Below are positions 1-10,236 of a stretch of 64,000 nucleotides of DNA, piece after piece. The position numbers were made by a program, and so were the translations under genes. How positions within the stretch are numbered: the stretch's first letter is position 1; the number at the start of each line of letters is the position of its first letter. The stretch is taken from positions 102,745 through 166,744 of the forward strand of contig CANJJD010000002.1 of the NCBI GenBank assembly GCA_947474645.1, written 5' to 3'. Source of the DNA: Alphaproteobacteria bacterium (lineage in GTDB: Bacteria > Pseudomonadota > Alphaproteobacteria > Micropepsales > Micropepsaceae). The notes beneath the pieces were generated by a model that saw nothing but the letters and a program-made list of their open reading frames with translations, made no database searches and was not told the DNA's origin.

Positions 1-2139
1 GTCCGAAACCGGGAAGCGGATCGCCTTGCCGCCGCGAGTGGTCAGCAGGAAATCCTCGGCATCGGTGCAGGTGGCGACGCCGATAATACCGTCGCCCTCC
101 GCCAGCTTCATGGCGATCTTGCCGTTCTTGTTGACCTGGCCGAAATCCGAAAGCTGGTTGCGGCGCACATCGCCCGACTTGGTGGCGAACACCACATTCA
201 GCTTGTCCCATTCGCCATCGTCTTCCGGCAGCGGCAGGATGGTGGTGATGCGCTCGCCTTCCGCCAGCGGCAGCAGGTTAACCATCGCCTTGCCCTTGCC
301 GGCGATGCGCGCTTCGGGCAACCGCCAGACCTTGAGCTTGTAGGCCATGCCGGTGGAGGAGAAGAACAGCAGCCAGGCATGGGTGGACGCCACGAACAGG
401 CTGGTGACGAAATCCTCGTCCCGCGTCGCCATGCCCGAACGGCCCTTGCCGCCGCGGCCCTGCACCCGATACTCGTCCAGCGGGGTGCGCTTGATATAGC
501 CGTTATGGGTGACGGTGACGGCGACATCCTCGCGCTCGATCAGCGCTTCGTCTTCCAGTTCCGTCTCGGCGTCGATCAGCTCGGTCTTGCGCGGGGTGGC
601 GAATTCCTCGCGGATCGCCGTCAACTCGTCGCGGATGATGGTCATGACCCGGCCGCGGCTGGACAGGATGTCGAGATAATCGGCGATCGCCAGGCCCAGC
701 TTCTGGGCTTCATCGTTGATTTCGTCGCGGCCCAGTGCGGTCAGGCGCTGCAGGCGCAGGTCCAGGATCGCCTTGGCCTGTTCTTCGGACAGCGTGATGG
801 TCTCATTGGGACCCATCTTGTGACGCGGGTCGGCAATCAGCGCCACCAGCGGCGCCACGTCCTTGGCCGGCCAGTCGCGCGCCATCAATTGCTCGCGCGC
901 AGTGGCCGCATCGGGGGCGGCGCGGATCAGGCGGATGACTTCATCGATATTGGCAACGGCGACAGCCAGGCCGACCAAGACATGGCCGCGGTCGCGGGCC
1001 TTGGTGAGGTCGAACTTGGTGCGGCGGGTGACGACGTCCTCGCGGAAACCGACGAACGCCGCCAGCAGTTCCTTGAGGTTCATCTGCACCGGCCGGCCGT
1101 CGTTCAGGGCCAGCATGTTGACGCCGAAGCTCATCTGCAGGTTCGAGAAGCGGTAAAGCTGGTTCAGCACTACCTCGGACGAGGCGTCGCGCTTCAGTTC
1201 GATCACCATGCGCATGCCGGAGCGGTCGCTTTCGTCGCGAATGTCCGAAATGCCTTCGATCTTCTTGTCGCGCACCAGTTCGGCGATGCGCTCGATCAGC
1301 AGCGCCTTGTTCACCTGATAGGGCAGTTCGGTGACGATAATGGCTTCGCGGTCCTTGCGGATTTCTTCCACCGCGCAACGCGCCCGCATCAGGATCGAGC
1401 CGCGGCCGCGCGCCAGGGCGGCGCGGGCATTCTGCTTGCCGATCAGCAACGCCCCGGTGGGGAAGTCCGGTCCCGGCACGATTTCAGTCAACTGTTCCAG
1501 ACCGATGGACGGGTCTTCGATATAGGCGAGGCAGGCATCGATCACTTCGCCCGGATTGTGCGGGGGAATATTGGTAGCCATGCCCACCGCGATGCCGGCA
1601 GAACCATTGATCAGCAGGTTGGGGAAACGCGCCGGCAACACCACCGGCTCCCGCTCGGTGCCGTCGTAATTGTCACGGAACTCGACCGTGTCCTTGTCGA
1701 TGTCCTCGGTCAAGGCGTGCGCGATCTTGGCGCGGCGCACCTCGGTGTAACGCATGGCGGCGGGCGGATCGCCGTCCACCGAGCCGAAATTGCCCTGGCC
1801 GTCGATCAACGGCGCGCGCATGGAGAAATCCTGCGCCATGCGCACCAGCGCGTCGTAAATCGACTGGTCGCCATGCGGATGATATTTGCCGATGACGTCG
1901 CCGACCACGCGCGCGGATTTGCGATAGGCCTTGTTCCAGTCGTAGCTGTTCTCGTGCATCGAATAGAGGATGCGCCGGTGCACCGGCTTGAGGCCGTCGC
2001 GCGCATCGGGCAGCGCACGCTGCACGATCACGCTCATCGCATAGTCCAGATAGGACCGCTTCAGCTCGTCTTCGACCGCGATGGTTTGGGTGGGATTGCC
2101 GCCTTCGGGCGGGCTGATCGTGTCGGGATTGTCGCTCAA
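1..2139 (-). CDS. gyrA: DNA gyrase subunit A (3'-truncated by the window edge)
   Basis: Manual translation from TTG at 2139: MSDNPDT...[53 protein letters not shown] (catalytic Tyr). GyrA box QGRGGKG near 440-460 distinguishes it from ParC. Missing from the ORF track because there is no stop inside the window. Confidence 0.97.
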   Translation of the reverse strand, partial: MSDNPDTISPPEGGNPTQTIAVEDELKRSYLDYAMSVIVQRALPDARDGLKPVHRRILYSMHENSYDWNKAYRKSARVVGDVIGKYHPHGDQSIYDALVRMAQDFSMRAPLIDGQGNFGSVDGDPPAAMRYTEVRRAKIAHALTEDIDKDTVEFRDNYDGTEREPVVLPARFPNLLINGSAGIAVGMATNIPPHNPGEVIDACLAYIEDPSIGLEQLTEIVPGPDFPTGALLIGKQNARAALARGRGSILMRARCAVEEIRKDREAIIVTELPYQVNKALLIERIAELVRDKKIEGISDIRDESDRSGMRMVIELKRDASSEVVLNQLYRFSNLQMSFGVNMLALNDGRPVQMNLKELLAAFVGFREDVVTRRTKFDLTKARDRGHVLVGLAVAVANIDEVIRLIRAAPDAATAREQLMARDWPAKDVAPLVALIADPRHKMGPNETITLSEEQAKAILDLRLQRLTALGRDEINDEAQKLGLAIADYLDILSSRGRVMTIIRDELTAIREEFATPRKTELIDAETELEDEALIEREDVAVTVTHNGYIKRTPLDEYRVQGRGGKGRSGMATRDEDFVTSLFVASTHAWLLFFSSTGMAYKLKVWRLPEARIAGKGKAMVNLLPLAEGERITTILPLPEDDGEWDKLNVVFATKSGDVRRNQLSDFGQVNKNGKIAMKLAEGDGIIGVATCTDAEDFLLTTRGGKAIRFPVSD

Positions 2140-2380
2140 AATGCGGCCTTCAAAAACGCGGAAAAATCAGGGGCGATTCCTAGCATTTTGGACTGGCCCA
2201 AACCAGCAAATTAACCCCGCAGGGGCGGCCAAAAACCCATTGATTTCATTGAAGAAAATTGCGCCATCAAGGCTCCTCTGCCGCGGCGCAAAACGAGCGC
2301 AAATCCTGGGGATCAAATAGCCCCGCGCCAGACACAAACGGCAGAGGGATTCGCATGCCCGCATAGCAGAGTAGGCCGCA

Positions 2381-2998
2381 TTAACGCGCTCGCGCGGACT
2401 GTCCCAAAGCCTCCAGCTCAGTCATCACCCGCGCTATGTCATAAGCATAAATCAGCCTTTCCGAACGCATATCCTTGTAGCCAAAGGTGATGCCGACCAG
2501 GCTGCCCGAAGCGTCCACCACCGGGCCGCCGGAAAAACCGGGTCCGGCATTGCCGGCAAAGGTGAAATAGGCCGGGGCGGTGCAGCCAGGGCATCGCGTG
2601 ATCTCGCGCACCGTGCCATGGGCGACGCGCAGCTCGCGGTCGGCGCCCTGGCCATAGGCGGTGACGCTTTGTCCGATCACCGGCGCGACCGTCGGCGGCG
2701 CGGCCGTTCGGCCGGTGCGAAAAAACATCAAATCGTAATCCTGCCGCGTGCCGATCACGTTCTTGGGATTGATCAGATTGACGTTATGGGCGTTGGTGAC
2801 GGCAATGCCCGGCGCGATCACCACCGCCGCGCCCTCGGCGCTGTCCAGTCCCAGGTGCACCCGGCCATGCAGCGGCAGATAGGCCGCCGCGATGCCGGTT
2901 TCCGAGATTGCGGCAGCCGGCAGGCCCGATGAAGAGGCACAGCCGGAGACCGCCAGAAGAAGGAAAAAAGCGGCGAGACTAGAAGGGGATTTCGTCAT
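2381..2998 (-). CDS. Trypsin-like (S1) serine protease, predicted lipoprotein
   Basis: Lipobox LAVSG-C; TNAH (His), DYDL (Asp), GFSGGP (Ser) motifs. Start chosen at MTKSPS (2998), overlapping the 3' end of ssb by 20 nt. Confidence 0.8.
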   Translation of the reverse strand: MTKSPSSLAAFFLLLAVSGCASSSGLPAAAISETGIAAAYLPLHGRVHLGLDSAEGAAVVIAPGIAVTNAHNVNLINPKNVIGTRQDYDLMFFRTGRTAAPPTVAPVIGQSVTAYGQGADRELRVAHGTVREITRCPGCTAPAYFTFAGNAGPGFSGGPVVDASGSLVGITFGYKDMRSERLIYAYDIARVMTELEALGQSARAR

Positions 2999-3425
2999 CC
3001 ATCTCGTCGCGCTGGAAGCTGGCCGGGGCTTCGCCGGCGCCGCGGCCGCCACCCTCGCCGCCGGCGCCGCGGCTATCCAGCATTGTCAGCTCGCCGCGGA
3101 AATTCTGCAGCACCACTTCGGTCGAGTATTTCTCAGCGCCGTCCTTGTCGGTCCATTTGCGGGTCTGCAACTGGCCTTCGACATAAACCTTGGCGCCTTT
3201 CTTCAAATACTTCTCAGCCACATCGGCGAGGTTCTTGTTGAAGATCACCACCCGGTGCCACTCGGTCTTTTCCTTCTTCTCGCCGCTGGCCTTGTCGCGC
3301 CAGGTTTCAGAGGTGGCGATGGAAAGAGTGACCACCGGATCGCCGGACGTCATGCGGCGCACCTCCGGGTCCTTGCCCAGATTGCCCACCAAAATCACCT
3401 TGTTGACGCTACCCGCCATGATCAT
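2979..3425 (-). CDS. ssb: Single-stranded DNA-binding protein
   Basis: [19 protein letters not shown]...TEWHRVVIF...DDEIPF acidic tail. Confidence 0.98.
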   Translation of the reverse strand: MIMAGSVNKVILVGNLGKDPEVRRMTSGDPVVTLSIATSETWRDKASGEKKEKTEWHRVVIFNKNLADVAEKYLKKGAKVYVEGQLQTRKWTDKDGAEKYSTEVVLQNFRGELTMLDSRGAGGEGGGRGAGEAPASFQRDEMDDEIPF

Positions 3426-3505
3426 TCTCCGTGTCCGGCCGCGACGTTAGACGAGACCTGCCTGCCCGCGCCATCGGAGCGGGGTTTATGTCTGTGTATA
3501 GCATC

Positions 3506-3520
3506 GTTCTCTATTTGTTC
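3506..3520. promoter_or_regulatory. Alphaproteobacterial LexA (SOS) box GTTC-N7-GTTC upstream of ssb
   Basis: GTTCTCTATTTGTTC is an exact match to the alpha LexA direct-repeat consensus. It overlaps a minus-strand TTGGAA-N17-TATACA promoter-like sequence facing ssb. Confidence 0.85.
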
Positions 3521-3573
3521 CAATAGCGTTGCTGCCCCTTTTCCCCGATAAGCAAGCTAGGCGGGTGAGGCGC

Positions 3574-5043
3574 ATGCCCTTCAATTCCTATCCCTATTTC
3601 CTGTTCCTGGCCGTCGCGGTACTGGGCTTTCGCCTGCTGGAAAGCCGCGCCCTCACCGGCCGTCGGATATTGCTGCTGCTGGCCTCTTACGCCTTCTATG
3701 CCTGGTGGCGGGCCGACTTCCTGTTGCTGCTGTGCGGCTCGACCCTGGTGAACTACACGCTGGGGCGGGAAATCGAGCAGCGCCGCGCCAAGGGCCAAGG
3801 CCGCCGCCCCATTCTGATTGCGGGCCTGGTGTTCAACCTCGGGCTGATCGCCGCTTTCAAATATGCCGGCCTGCTGACGGGCACCGCCAACCAGTTGTTC
3901 GGCATCGGGCTGCCGCTGCCCGACTTTTTCCTGCCGCTGGCGATCAGCTTCTTCACCTTCGAGCAGATCAGCTATCTGGTCGATGCCGATGCGGGCAAGA
4001 CGGCGCGTTACAGCCTGCTCGATTACGCCCTGTTCGTCGCCTATTTCCCGCATCTCATTGCGGGCCCCATCGTGCGCCACAACGATTTGATCCCGCAGTT
4101 CCACCAGATGCGATCGCGCAATGACGATCTGGCGGCTGGTGTGACCCTGTTCACCATCGGCCTGGCCAAGAAAACCCTGATCGCCGACAATCTGGCGCCC
4201 TTCGCCGACGCCATCTTCAATGCCGCCGGGCGCGGCATTGCTTTGGGGCCCACCGATAGCTGGCTGGGCATGCTGTTCTTCGCCTTCCAGATCTATTTCG
4301 ATTTCAGCGCCTATTCCGACATGGCGCTGGGCTCCTCGTTGATGCTGGGCATCCGCCTGCCGGTGAATTTCCATTCGCCCTACAAGGCGGCCAGCATCAT
4401 CGAGTTCTGGCGGCGCTGGCATATCTCGCTGTCGGCCTTCCTGCGCGACTATCTCTACATCCCGCTGGGCGGCAACCGGCAGGGTCGCGGGCGGCGCTAT
4501 CTCAATCTCTTCGTCACCATGCTGCTGGGCGGGCTATGGCATGGCGCAAGCTGGACCTTCATGCTGTGGGGCGGACTGCATGGCCTCTATCTGTCCATCA
4601 ATCACGCCTTCCGCCATGCCAGCAAAGGCGTAGCCGCCCCTGCCGCGCTGAAGCAGCCGCTTCACATCGCGTCCGTGGCGCTGACCTTCCTGGCCACCTC
4701 GCTGGCCTGGATCGTGTTCCGCAGCCCCGACCTCGCCTCAGCCCGCAACATGGCGGGCGGCCTTGTCGGCCTGGGCCATTCCGCCGTTGTGAGTTTTTCG
4801 CCCCTGGCGGCGGCCACGCTGCTGCTGTTGTTCGGTTTGGTCTGGTTCATGCCCAATTCCATGGAATTGATGTGGCGGCATGACCCAGCCCTGCCCTCGC
4901 CTTACGATAACCAGCCCGTGAAACCGGCGAAATTCCTGTCCTGGAAGCCCACGCGATGGAATGCCGCCGCCTATGGCCTGCTCTGCATCGTGGCGGTGCT
5001 GGCGCTGTCCAATCTCAAACCCTTCATCTACTTCCAGTTCTGA
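3574..5043 (+). CDS. MBOAT family O-acyltransferase (AlgI/DltB-like)
   Basis: [56 protein letters not shown] (catalytic His), C-terminal FIYFQF. GAGG RBS before ATG 3574. Confidence 0.93.
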   Translation: [489 protein letters not shown]

Positions 5044-6065
5044 TGGAAAAGACCCGCTACCCCGTCTGGTTTTTGGGCACGGTGCTTGCGGCCATCGCGG
5101 CGCTGGCCGCGTTCAACGCCTGGGCGGAGCATTTCATCCTGACCCATCCCGCCGGCGGCAGCGTGCAGACCCTGTCGGGCTTTGAGCGTGCCGTGAAACC
5201 CGCCTGGCTGGAAGCGACCCGGCCCGAACTTGTCTTTGTCGGTTCCAGCCGGGTGCGCGACGCCTTCGATCCAGTCTTGATTGATCCGGCGCTGAAGATC
5301 CGCAGCTTCAACTACGGCGCCTCCAGCATGTCGCCCTATGAGGCGCGCCGCCTGGTGCAGGATGCGTTGGCGCATCCTTCCGTGAAGACGGTGGTGGTGT
5401 CGCTGGATGCCTTTACCGGCAACGGCGGCGCCGGCGAGGCCCTGCCCAGCTTTGACGAAACCCGCCTGGCGGTGACGCCGGCCGGCGATCCCACACCGCG
5501 CCGCGGCTTGTGGCTGTTCACCACCCGTTATCTCAGTGGCGGCGCGCTGGGCATGAATGCGCTGGGCATTTATGCGCTGGCACGGTTGAAGCCTGGCGAG
5601 ACCGCCGCCGATCGCCCCGACATCTTCAACGCCTATAGCCACATGACCGAAGCGGTGATGCGGCGCGACCTGGCGTACCGCCGGGCGCGCAGCATGAGCA
5701 TGGGCCCGCGCGCGCGCGGCGAACTGGTCGCGATGCTGGCCGCGGCCTGCCGCGCGAGCGCCAGGCTGATCGTCTACTTCCCGCCCGATCACACCGCCAT
5801 TGTGCGGCAGTACCGGCAGAGTGATGCCGCAGGCTTCACCGCCTTCAAGAAAAACGTCGCGGCCGAGGTCGCGCGCGCAAATGCAAGCTGCCCGGCCCAG
5901 ACGGAGCTGCTGGACTTCATGCAGCCGAACGCCCTCACCACCGAAACGATGGTGAAGGGTTCAAGTCCGGATTATGTGGATCTGGTGCATATCCGCCCGC
6001 CCGCAGGCCTCTGGTTGTTACGCCAGATGGGGCTATTGCGGCAGGGGAGCGTGACCGGAAACTGA
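5043..6065 (+). CDS. Membrane-anchored SGNH/DltD/AlgJ-like acyl-transfer partner
   Basis: Start overlaps the MBOAT stop (TGATG). N-terminal TM helix, FVGSSR block-I-like motif, C-terminal DxxH (DLVH). Confidence 0.72.
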   Translation: MEKTRYPVWFLGTVLAAIAALAAFNAWAEHFILTHPAGGSVQTLSGFERAVKPAWLEATRPELVFVGSSRVRDAFDPVLIDPALKIRSFNYGASSMSPYEARRLVQDALAHPSVKTVVVSLDAFTGNGGAGEALPSFDETRLAVTPAGDPTPRRGLWLFTTRYLSGGALGMNALGIYALARLKPGETAADRPDIFNAYSHMTEAVMRRDLAYRRARSMSMGPRARGELVAMLAAACRASARLIVYFPPDHTAIVRQYRQSDAAGFTAFKKNVAAEVARANASCPAQTELLDFMQPNALTTETMVKGSSPDYVDLVHIRPPAGLWLLRQMGLLRQGSVTGN

Positions 6066-6067
6066 CC

Positions 6068-6325
6068 TCAGGTGGAGGTGGCCGGGGTGACAACGGGGCA
6101 ATGGGCCGCGTCGCACGCGGCGCTGCTGGAGCCGCTGATGGCGACCGCGACCGCAACCACGGCGATGGCGATGCCGCCGCCGACCAGCAGCAAATTGGTG
6201 CGCCGCTGGGCTTCCTGCACACCAGCGGGCTTGCCGGCGGTCAGGGCCCCCTCGGCCGCAAGGGCTTGGGAACCCATCGCCGCCGCCAGTGCCATTGCCG
6301 TCGCAGCCTTGCGCAAATTCGTCAT
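6068..6325 (-). CDS. Small secreted/membrane peptide, GKPAGV family copy 1 (85 aa)
   Basis: AGGGGA RBS; signal peptide ending ALA|AEG; second hydrophobic helix; clear paralogue at 11612-11878. Confidence 0.82.
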   Translation of the reverse strand: MTNLRKAATAMALAAAMGSQALAAEGALTAGKPAGVQEAQRRTNLLLVGGGIAIAVVAVAVAISGSSSAACDAAHCPVVTPATST

Positions 6326-6431
6326 CGTCAGTCCCCTGAAATCCGCCATGTGCGGTGTAAAAGGTTGTTCCTGCTGGCCAATCACGGGCCGTCTCAGCGC
6401 TATTAGTACGGATAATCGCGGGATTGCAAAT

Positions 6432-6460
6432 GAACAATCACGGCAAAATCATGATTGTTC
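6432..6460. promoter_or_regulatory. Inverted repeat GAACAATCA-N11-TGATTGTTC, candidate operator in the divergent promoter region
   Basis: Perfect 9-bp arms. An internal palindrome AATCATGATT lies at 6447-6456. Confidence 0.45.
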
Positions 6461-6471
6461 TCTTTTTGTTT
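6457..6471. promoter_or_regulatory. Probable LexA box (GTTC-N7-GTTT) upstream of the FkbM-uvrA unit
   Basis: GTTCTCTTTTTGTTT is 13/15 identical to the ssb box and lies ahead of the transcript carrying uvrA, a canonical SOS gene. Confidence 0.65.
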
Positions 6472-6493
6472 TCGATGGCTCCGCAAAAAGGCT

Positions 6494-7357
6494 ATGAACA
6501 GGCCCATGGACTTGCTGACCGAGATTCTCAATCCCAAACGACTCACCGCCATCGTGGATGTGGGCGCCAATCCCATCGACGGCGATCCGCCCTACAAGGC
6601 GATGCTGGCGGCGGGCCTGTGCGAGGTGACCGGCTTTGAGCCGCAAGCCCATGCGCTGGCGAAGCTCGAACAGAGGAAGGGTCCGCGCGAACGTTATCTA
6701 CCGTACGCTTTGGGCGACGGAACTTCGCGCACGCTCCATGTCTGCGAACTGGAAGGCATGACCAGTTTGCTGGAACCCGACCCCGCACATCTGGCGCTTT
6801 TCAATTTGTTTCCTATATGGGGACAAGTGAAACAGCAGATCCCCGTCACCACCAGGAAACTGGACGATGTCGCAGAGATCGCCGTGATGGATTTCCTGAA
6901 AATGGACGTCCAGGGCGGCGAGCGCGATGTGCTGGCGCATGCCACAGCAAGGCTGAAGGACGCGGTGGCGGTCCAGACCGAGGTTTCCTTTGTTCCCCTC
7001 TACAAGGACCAGCCGCCCTTTGGCGAAATCGACCTGATGTTGCGGGAACTCGGCTTTCTGCCCCATTGCGTCACCGGCACCAAGATTTGGCCGCTATCGC
7101 CCCTGGTGGTGGGCAATGAACCCAATCGCGGCATCCGCCAATTGCTGGAAACCGACATGGTCTATGTCCGCGACATCAGCAAGCCGGAAGCCATAAGCAC
7201 CGAGCAATGGAAGCATCTCGCCCTGGTGGCGCACCATTGCTATGGCTCCTACGATTTGGCGCTGAAGGCCATCGTCACCCTGATGGAACTGGGCACAGTG
7301 CCCAAGGGCGCCAACACGCGTTATCTCGCCGGCCTGCCCGCCAGAAAATCGAACTGA
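6494..7357 (+). CDS. FkbM family SAM-dependent methyltransferase
   Basis: VDVGAN (motif I), [20 protein letters not shown] motifs. Start at 6494 or 6506. Confidence 0.85.
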   Translation: MNRPMDLLTEILNPKRLTAIVDVGANPIDGDPPYKAMLAAGLCEVTGFEPQAHALAKLEQRKGPRERYLPYALGDGTSRTLHVCELEGMTSLLEPDPAHLALFNLFPIWGQVKQQIPVTTRKLDDVAEIAVMDFLKMDVQGGERDVLAHATARLKDAVAVQTEVSFVPLYKDQPPFGEIDLMLRELGFLPHCVTGTKIWPLSPLVVGNEPNRGIRQLLETDMVYVRDISKPEAISTEQWKHLALVAHHCYGSYDLALKAIVTLMELGTVPKGANTRYLAGLPARKSN

Positions 7358-10236
7358 TGCTGAAGAACATTTCCATTCGCGGTGCCCGCGAGCACAATCT
7401 CAAGAATATTGATGTCGAGATTCCGCGCGACACCCTGACGGTGCTGACCGGCCTGTCGGGCTCGGGCAAGTCGTCCCTCGCCTTCGATACCATCTATGCC
7501 GAAGGCCAGCGCCGCTATGTCGAATCGCTGTCAGCTTACGCCCGCCAGTTCCTGGAGCTGATGCAGAAGCCCGACGTGGACCATATCGAGGGTCTGTCGC
7601 CAGCCATCTCCATCGAGCAGAAGACCACCTCCAAGAATCCGCGCTCCACCGTGGGCACGGTGACCGAGATCTACGATTACCTGCGCCTGCTGTTCGCCCG
7701 CGTCGGCGTGCCCTATTCGCCGGCCACCGGACTTCCCATCGAAAGCCAGACCGTCAGCCAGATGGCCGACCGGATTCTCGCTTTGCCCGAAGGCACGCGG
7801 CTTTACCTGCTGGCGCCCATCGTGCGCGGCCGCAAGGGCGAATACCGCAAGGAACTGGCGGAGCTGCAGAAGAAGGGCTTCCAGCGCGCCAAGGTGGACG
7901 GCAAGTTCTACGACATCGGCGCCACACCGGCGCTGGACAAGAAGTTCAAGCATGACATCGAGATCGTGGTGGACCGCATCGTGGTCAAACCCGACATCGG
8001 CAACCGCCTGCCCGATTCCATCGAGACGGCGCTGGGCTTGGCCGACGGGTTGCTGGTGGTGGAATTTGCCGACGAGAAGGAAAAAGACGGCAAGCCGCGC
8101 CAGATGATGCTGTCATCCAAGTTCGCCTGCCCGGTCTCGGGCTTCACCATCACCGAGATTGAGCCGCGGCTGTTCAGCTTCAACAACCCCCATGGCGCCT
8201 GCCCGGAATGCGACGGGCTGGGGGTGCAGAATTACTTCGACGAAGCGCTGGTCGTGCCGGACGAGAGTCTGACCTTAAAGAAGGGCGCCGTGGCGCCCTG
8301 GGCCAAGTCGTCCTCGCCCTATTACCTGCAGACGCTCGAGGCCCTGGCCCGCCACTACAAATTCTCCATGAACGATGCCTGGGAAGACCTGCCCAAGAAG
8401 GCGCGGGACGTGATCCTGCACGGATCGGGCGAAGAAGTGATCAAGTTCACCTATGACGACGGCATGCGCCGCTATGACACCAAGAAGGAATTCGAGGGCG
8501 TCATCCCCAACATGGACCGCCGCTATGGCGAGACCGACAGCGCCTGGGTGCAGGAGGAACTGGAGCGCTTCCAGTCCGAAAGCCCTTGCGAGGTCTGCAG
8601 CGGCTACCGGCTCAAGCCCGAAGCCCTGGCGGTGAAGATCGGCGCCTTGCATATCGGCGAAGTCTGCAGCCAGTCCATCCGCGACGCCGATGGCTGGTTC
8701 CGCGATATCGACAAGAAGCTGAACAAGCAACAGCAGGAAATCGCCGTCCGCATCCTGAAGGAAATTCGCGCCCGGCTGAAATTCCTCAACAATGTGGGCC
8801 TGGACTATCTCACCCTGGCGCGCGCCTCCGGCACGCTGTCGGGCGGAGAAAGCCAGCGCATCCGCCTGGCCTCCCAGATCGGTTCGGGCCTGACCGGCGT
8901 GCTTTATGTCCTGGACGAGCCGTCCATCGGCCTGCACCAGCGCGACAACGGCAAATTGCTGGAATCGCTCAAGGGCCTGCGCGACATGGGCAATACCGTG
9001 CTGGTGGTGGAGCATGACGAGGACGCCATCCGCCAGGCTGACCATGTCATCGACATGGGCCCGGGCGCCGGCGTGCATGGCGGCCACATTATCGCCCAGG
9101 GCACCCCGGCCGACATCATCGGCAACAAGAAAAGCCTCACCGGAAAATATCTCAGCGGCGCCGAAAACATCCCCATCCCGGCCCAGCGCCGCAAGGCGGT
9201 GCATAACCGCTGGCTGAAAGTGGTGGGCGCGCGCGGCAACAACCTCAAGAACGTCACCACCCAGATCCCGCTGGGCACCCTGACCTGCATCACCGGCGTG
9301 TCGGGCGGCGGCAAGTCCACCCTGACCATCGAGACCCTGTTCAAAGCTGCGGCCAAGAAACTAACCCAGGCCCGCGAACAGCCGGCGCCGCATGACCGCA
9401 TCGAGGGGCTGGAGTTCCTGGACAAGGTCATCGACATCGACCAGAGCCCGATCGGCCGCACCCCGCGCTCCAACCCGGCCACCTATACCGGCGCCTTCAC
9501 TCCGATTCGTGACTGGTTCGCCGAACTGCCGGAATCAAAAGCCCGCGGCTATGCGCCCGGCCGCTTCAGCTTCAACGTCAAGGGCGGACGCTGCGAAGCC
9601 TGCCAGGGCGACGGCGTCATCCAGATCGAGATGCACTTCCTGCCCGACGTCTATGTCCAATGCGATGTCTGCAAGGGCAAGCGCTACAATCGCGAAACTC
9701 TGGAAGTGAAGTTCCGCGACAATTCCATCGCCGATGTGCTGGACATGACCATCGAGGCCGGCGCCGAACTGTTCCGGGCGGTGCCCTCCATCGCCGAGAA
9801 GCTGGAGACCCTCAAGCGCGTGGGCCTGGGCTATATCTCCATCGGCCAGCAGGCCACCACCCTGTCAGGCGGCGAGGCCCAGCGCGTCAAGCTGTCCAAG
9901 GAATTGTCGCGCCGCGCCACCGGCCGCACGCTTTACATCCTGGACGAGCCCACCACGGGCCTGCATTTTCATGACGTCAAGAAGCTCTTGGAAGTGCTGC
10001 AGGAGCTGGTGGACCAGGGCAACACGGTGGTGGTGATCGAGCACAATCTGGAAGTCATCAAGATCGCAGACTGGCTGGTAGATCTGGGACCGGAGGGCGG
10101 CGATGACGGCGGCGAGATCGTGGGCAGCGGCACGCCGGAAGACGTGGCGAAGAACCCGCGCTCCTATACCGGCCAGTATCTCAAGCCGCTGCTCAAGAAC
10201 GCGGCCGCGCCAAAACGATTGAAGGCCGCGCAGTAA
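7357..10236 (+). CDS. uvrA: Excinuclease ABC subunit A
   Basis: [13 protein letters not shown], two Walker A motifs ([18 protein letters not shown]), LSGGE signatures, Zn-finger cysteines. ATG 7357 overlaps the FkbM TGA. Confidence 0.98.
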   Translation: MLKNISIRGAREHNLKNIDVEIPRDTLTVLTGLSGSGKSSLAFDTIYAEGQRRYVESLSAYARQFLELMQKPDVDHIEGLSPAISIEQKTTSKNPRSTVGTVTEIYDYLRLLFARVGVPYSPATGLPIESQTVSQMADRILALPEGTRLYLLAPIVRGRKGEYRKELAELQKKGFQRAKVDGKFYDIGATPALDKKFKHDIEIVVDRIVVKPDIGNRLPDSIETALGLADGLLVVEFADEKEKDGKPRQMMLSSKFACPVSGFTITEIEPRLFSFNNPHGACPECDGLGVQNYFDEALVVPDESLTLKKGAVAPWAKSSSPYYLQTLEALARHYKFSMNDAWEDLPKKARDVILHGSGEEVIKFTYDDGMRRYDTKKEFEGVIPNMDRRYGETDSAWVQEELERFQSESPCEVCSGYRLKPEALAVKIGALHIGEVCSQSIRDADGWFRDIDKKLNKQQQEIAVRILKEIRARLKFLNNVGLDYLTLARASGTLSGGESQRIRLASQIGSGLTGVLYVLDEPSIGLHQRDNGKLLESLKGLRDMGNTVLVVEHDEDAIRQADHVIDMGPGAGVHGGHIIAQGTPADIIGNKKSLTGKYLSGAENIPIPAQRRKAVHNRWLKVVGARGNNLKNVTTQIPLGTLTCITGVSGGGKSTLTIETLFKAAAKKLTQAREQPAPHDRIEGLEFLDKVIDIDQSPIGRTPRSNPATYTGAFTPIRDWFAELPESKARGYAPGRFSFNVKGGRCEACQGDGVIQIEMHFLPDVYVQCDVCKGKRYNRETLEVKFRDNSIADVLDMTIEAGAELFRAVPSIAEKLETLKRVGLGYISIGQQATTLSGGEAQRVKLSKELSRRATGRTLYILDEPTTGLHFHDVKKLLEVLQELVDQGNTVVVIEHNLEVIKIADWLVDLGPEGGDDGGEIVGSGTPEDVAKNPRSYTGQYLKPLLKNAAAPKRLKAAQ

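Noticed and set aside
1860-1880. GyrA has Gln at the Ser83-equivalent position ([10 protein letters not shown]), and the GyrA box reads QGRGGKG
   Set aside because: To my knowledge this quinolone-region variant is common in alphaproteobacteria and is not evidence of acquired resistance. The box variant is minor.
379-2214. Long antisense or alternative-frame ORFs (379-2214 +, 15807-17372, 25396-27063, 35562-37967, 38903-40831, 43147-45246, 45610-47997, 50652-52820 and others)
   Set aside because: They are shadows of real genes. High-GC codon bias removes stops on the opposite strand, and they show no recognisable motifs or RBS.
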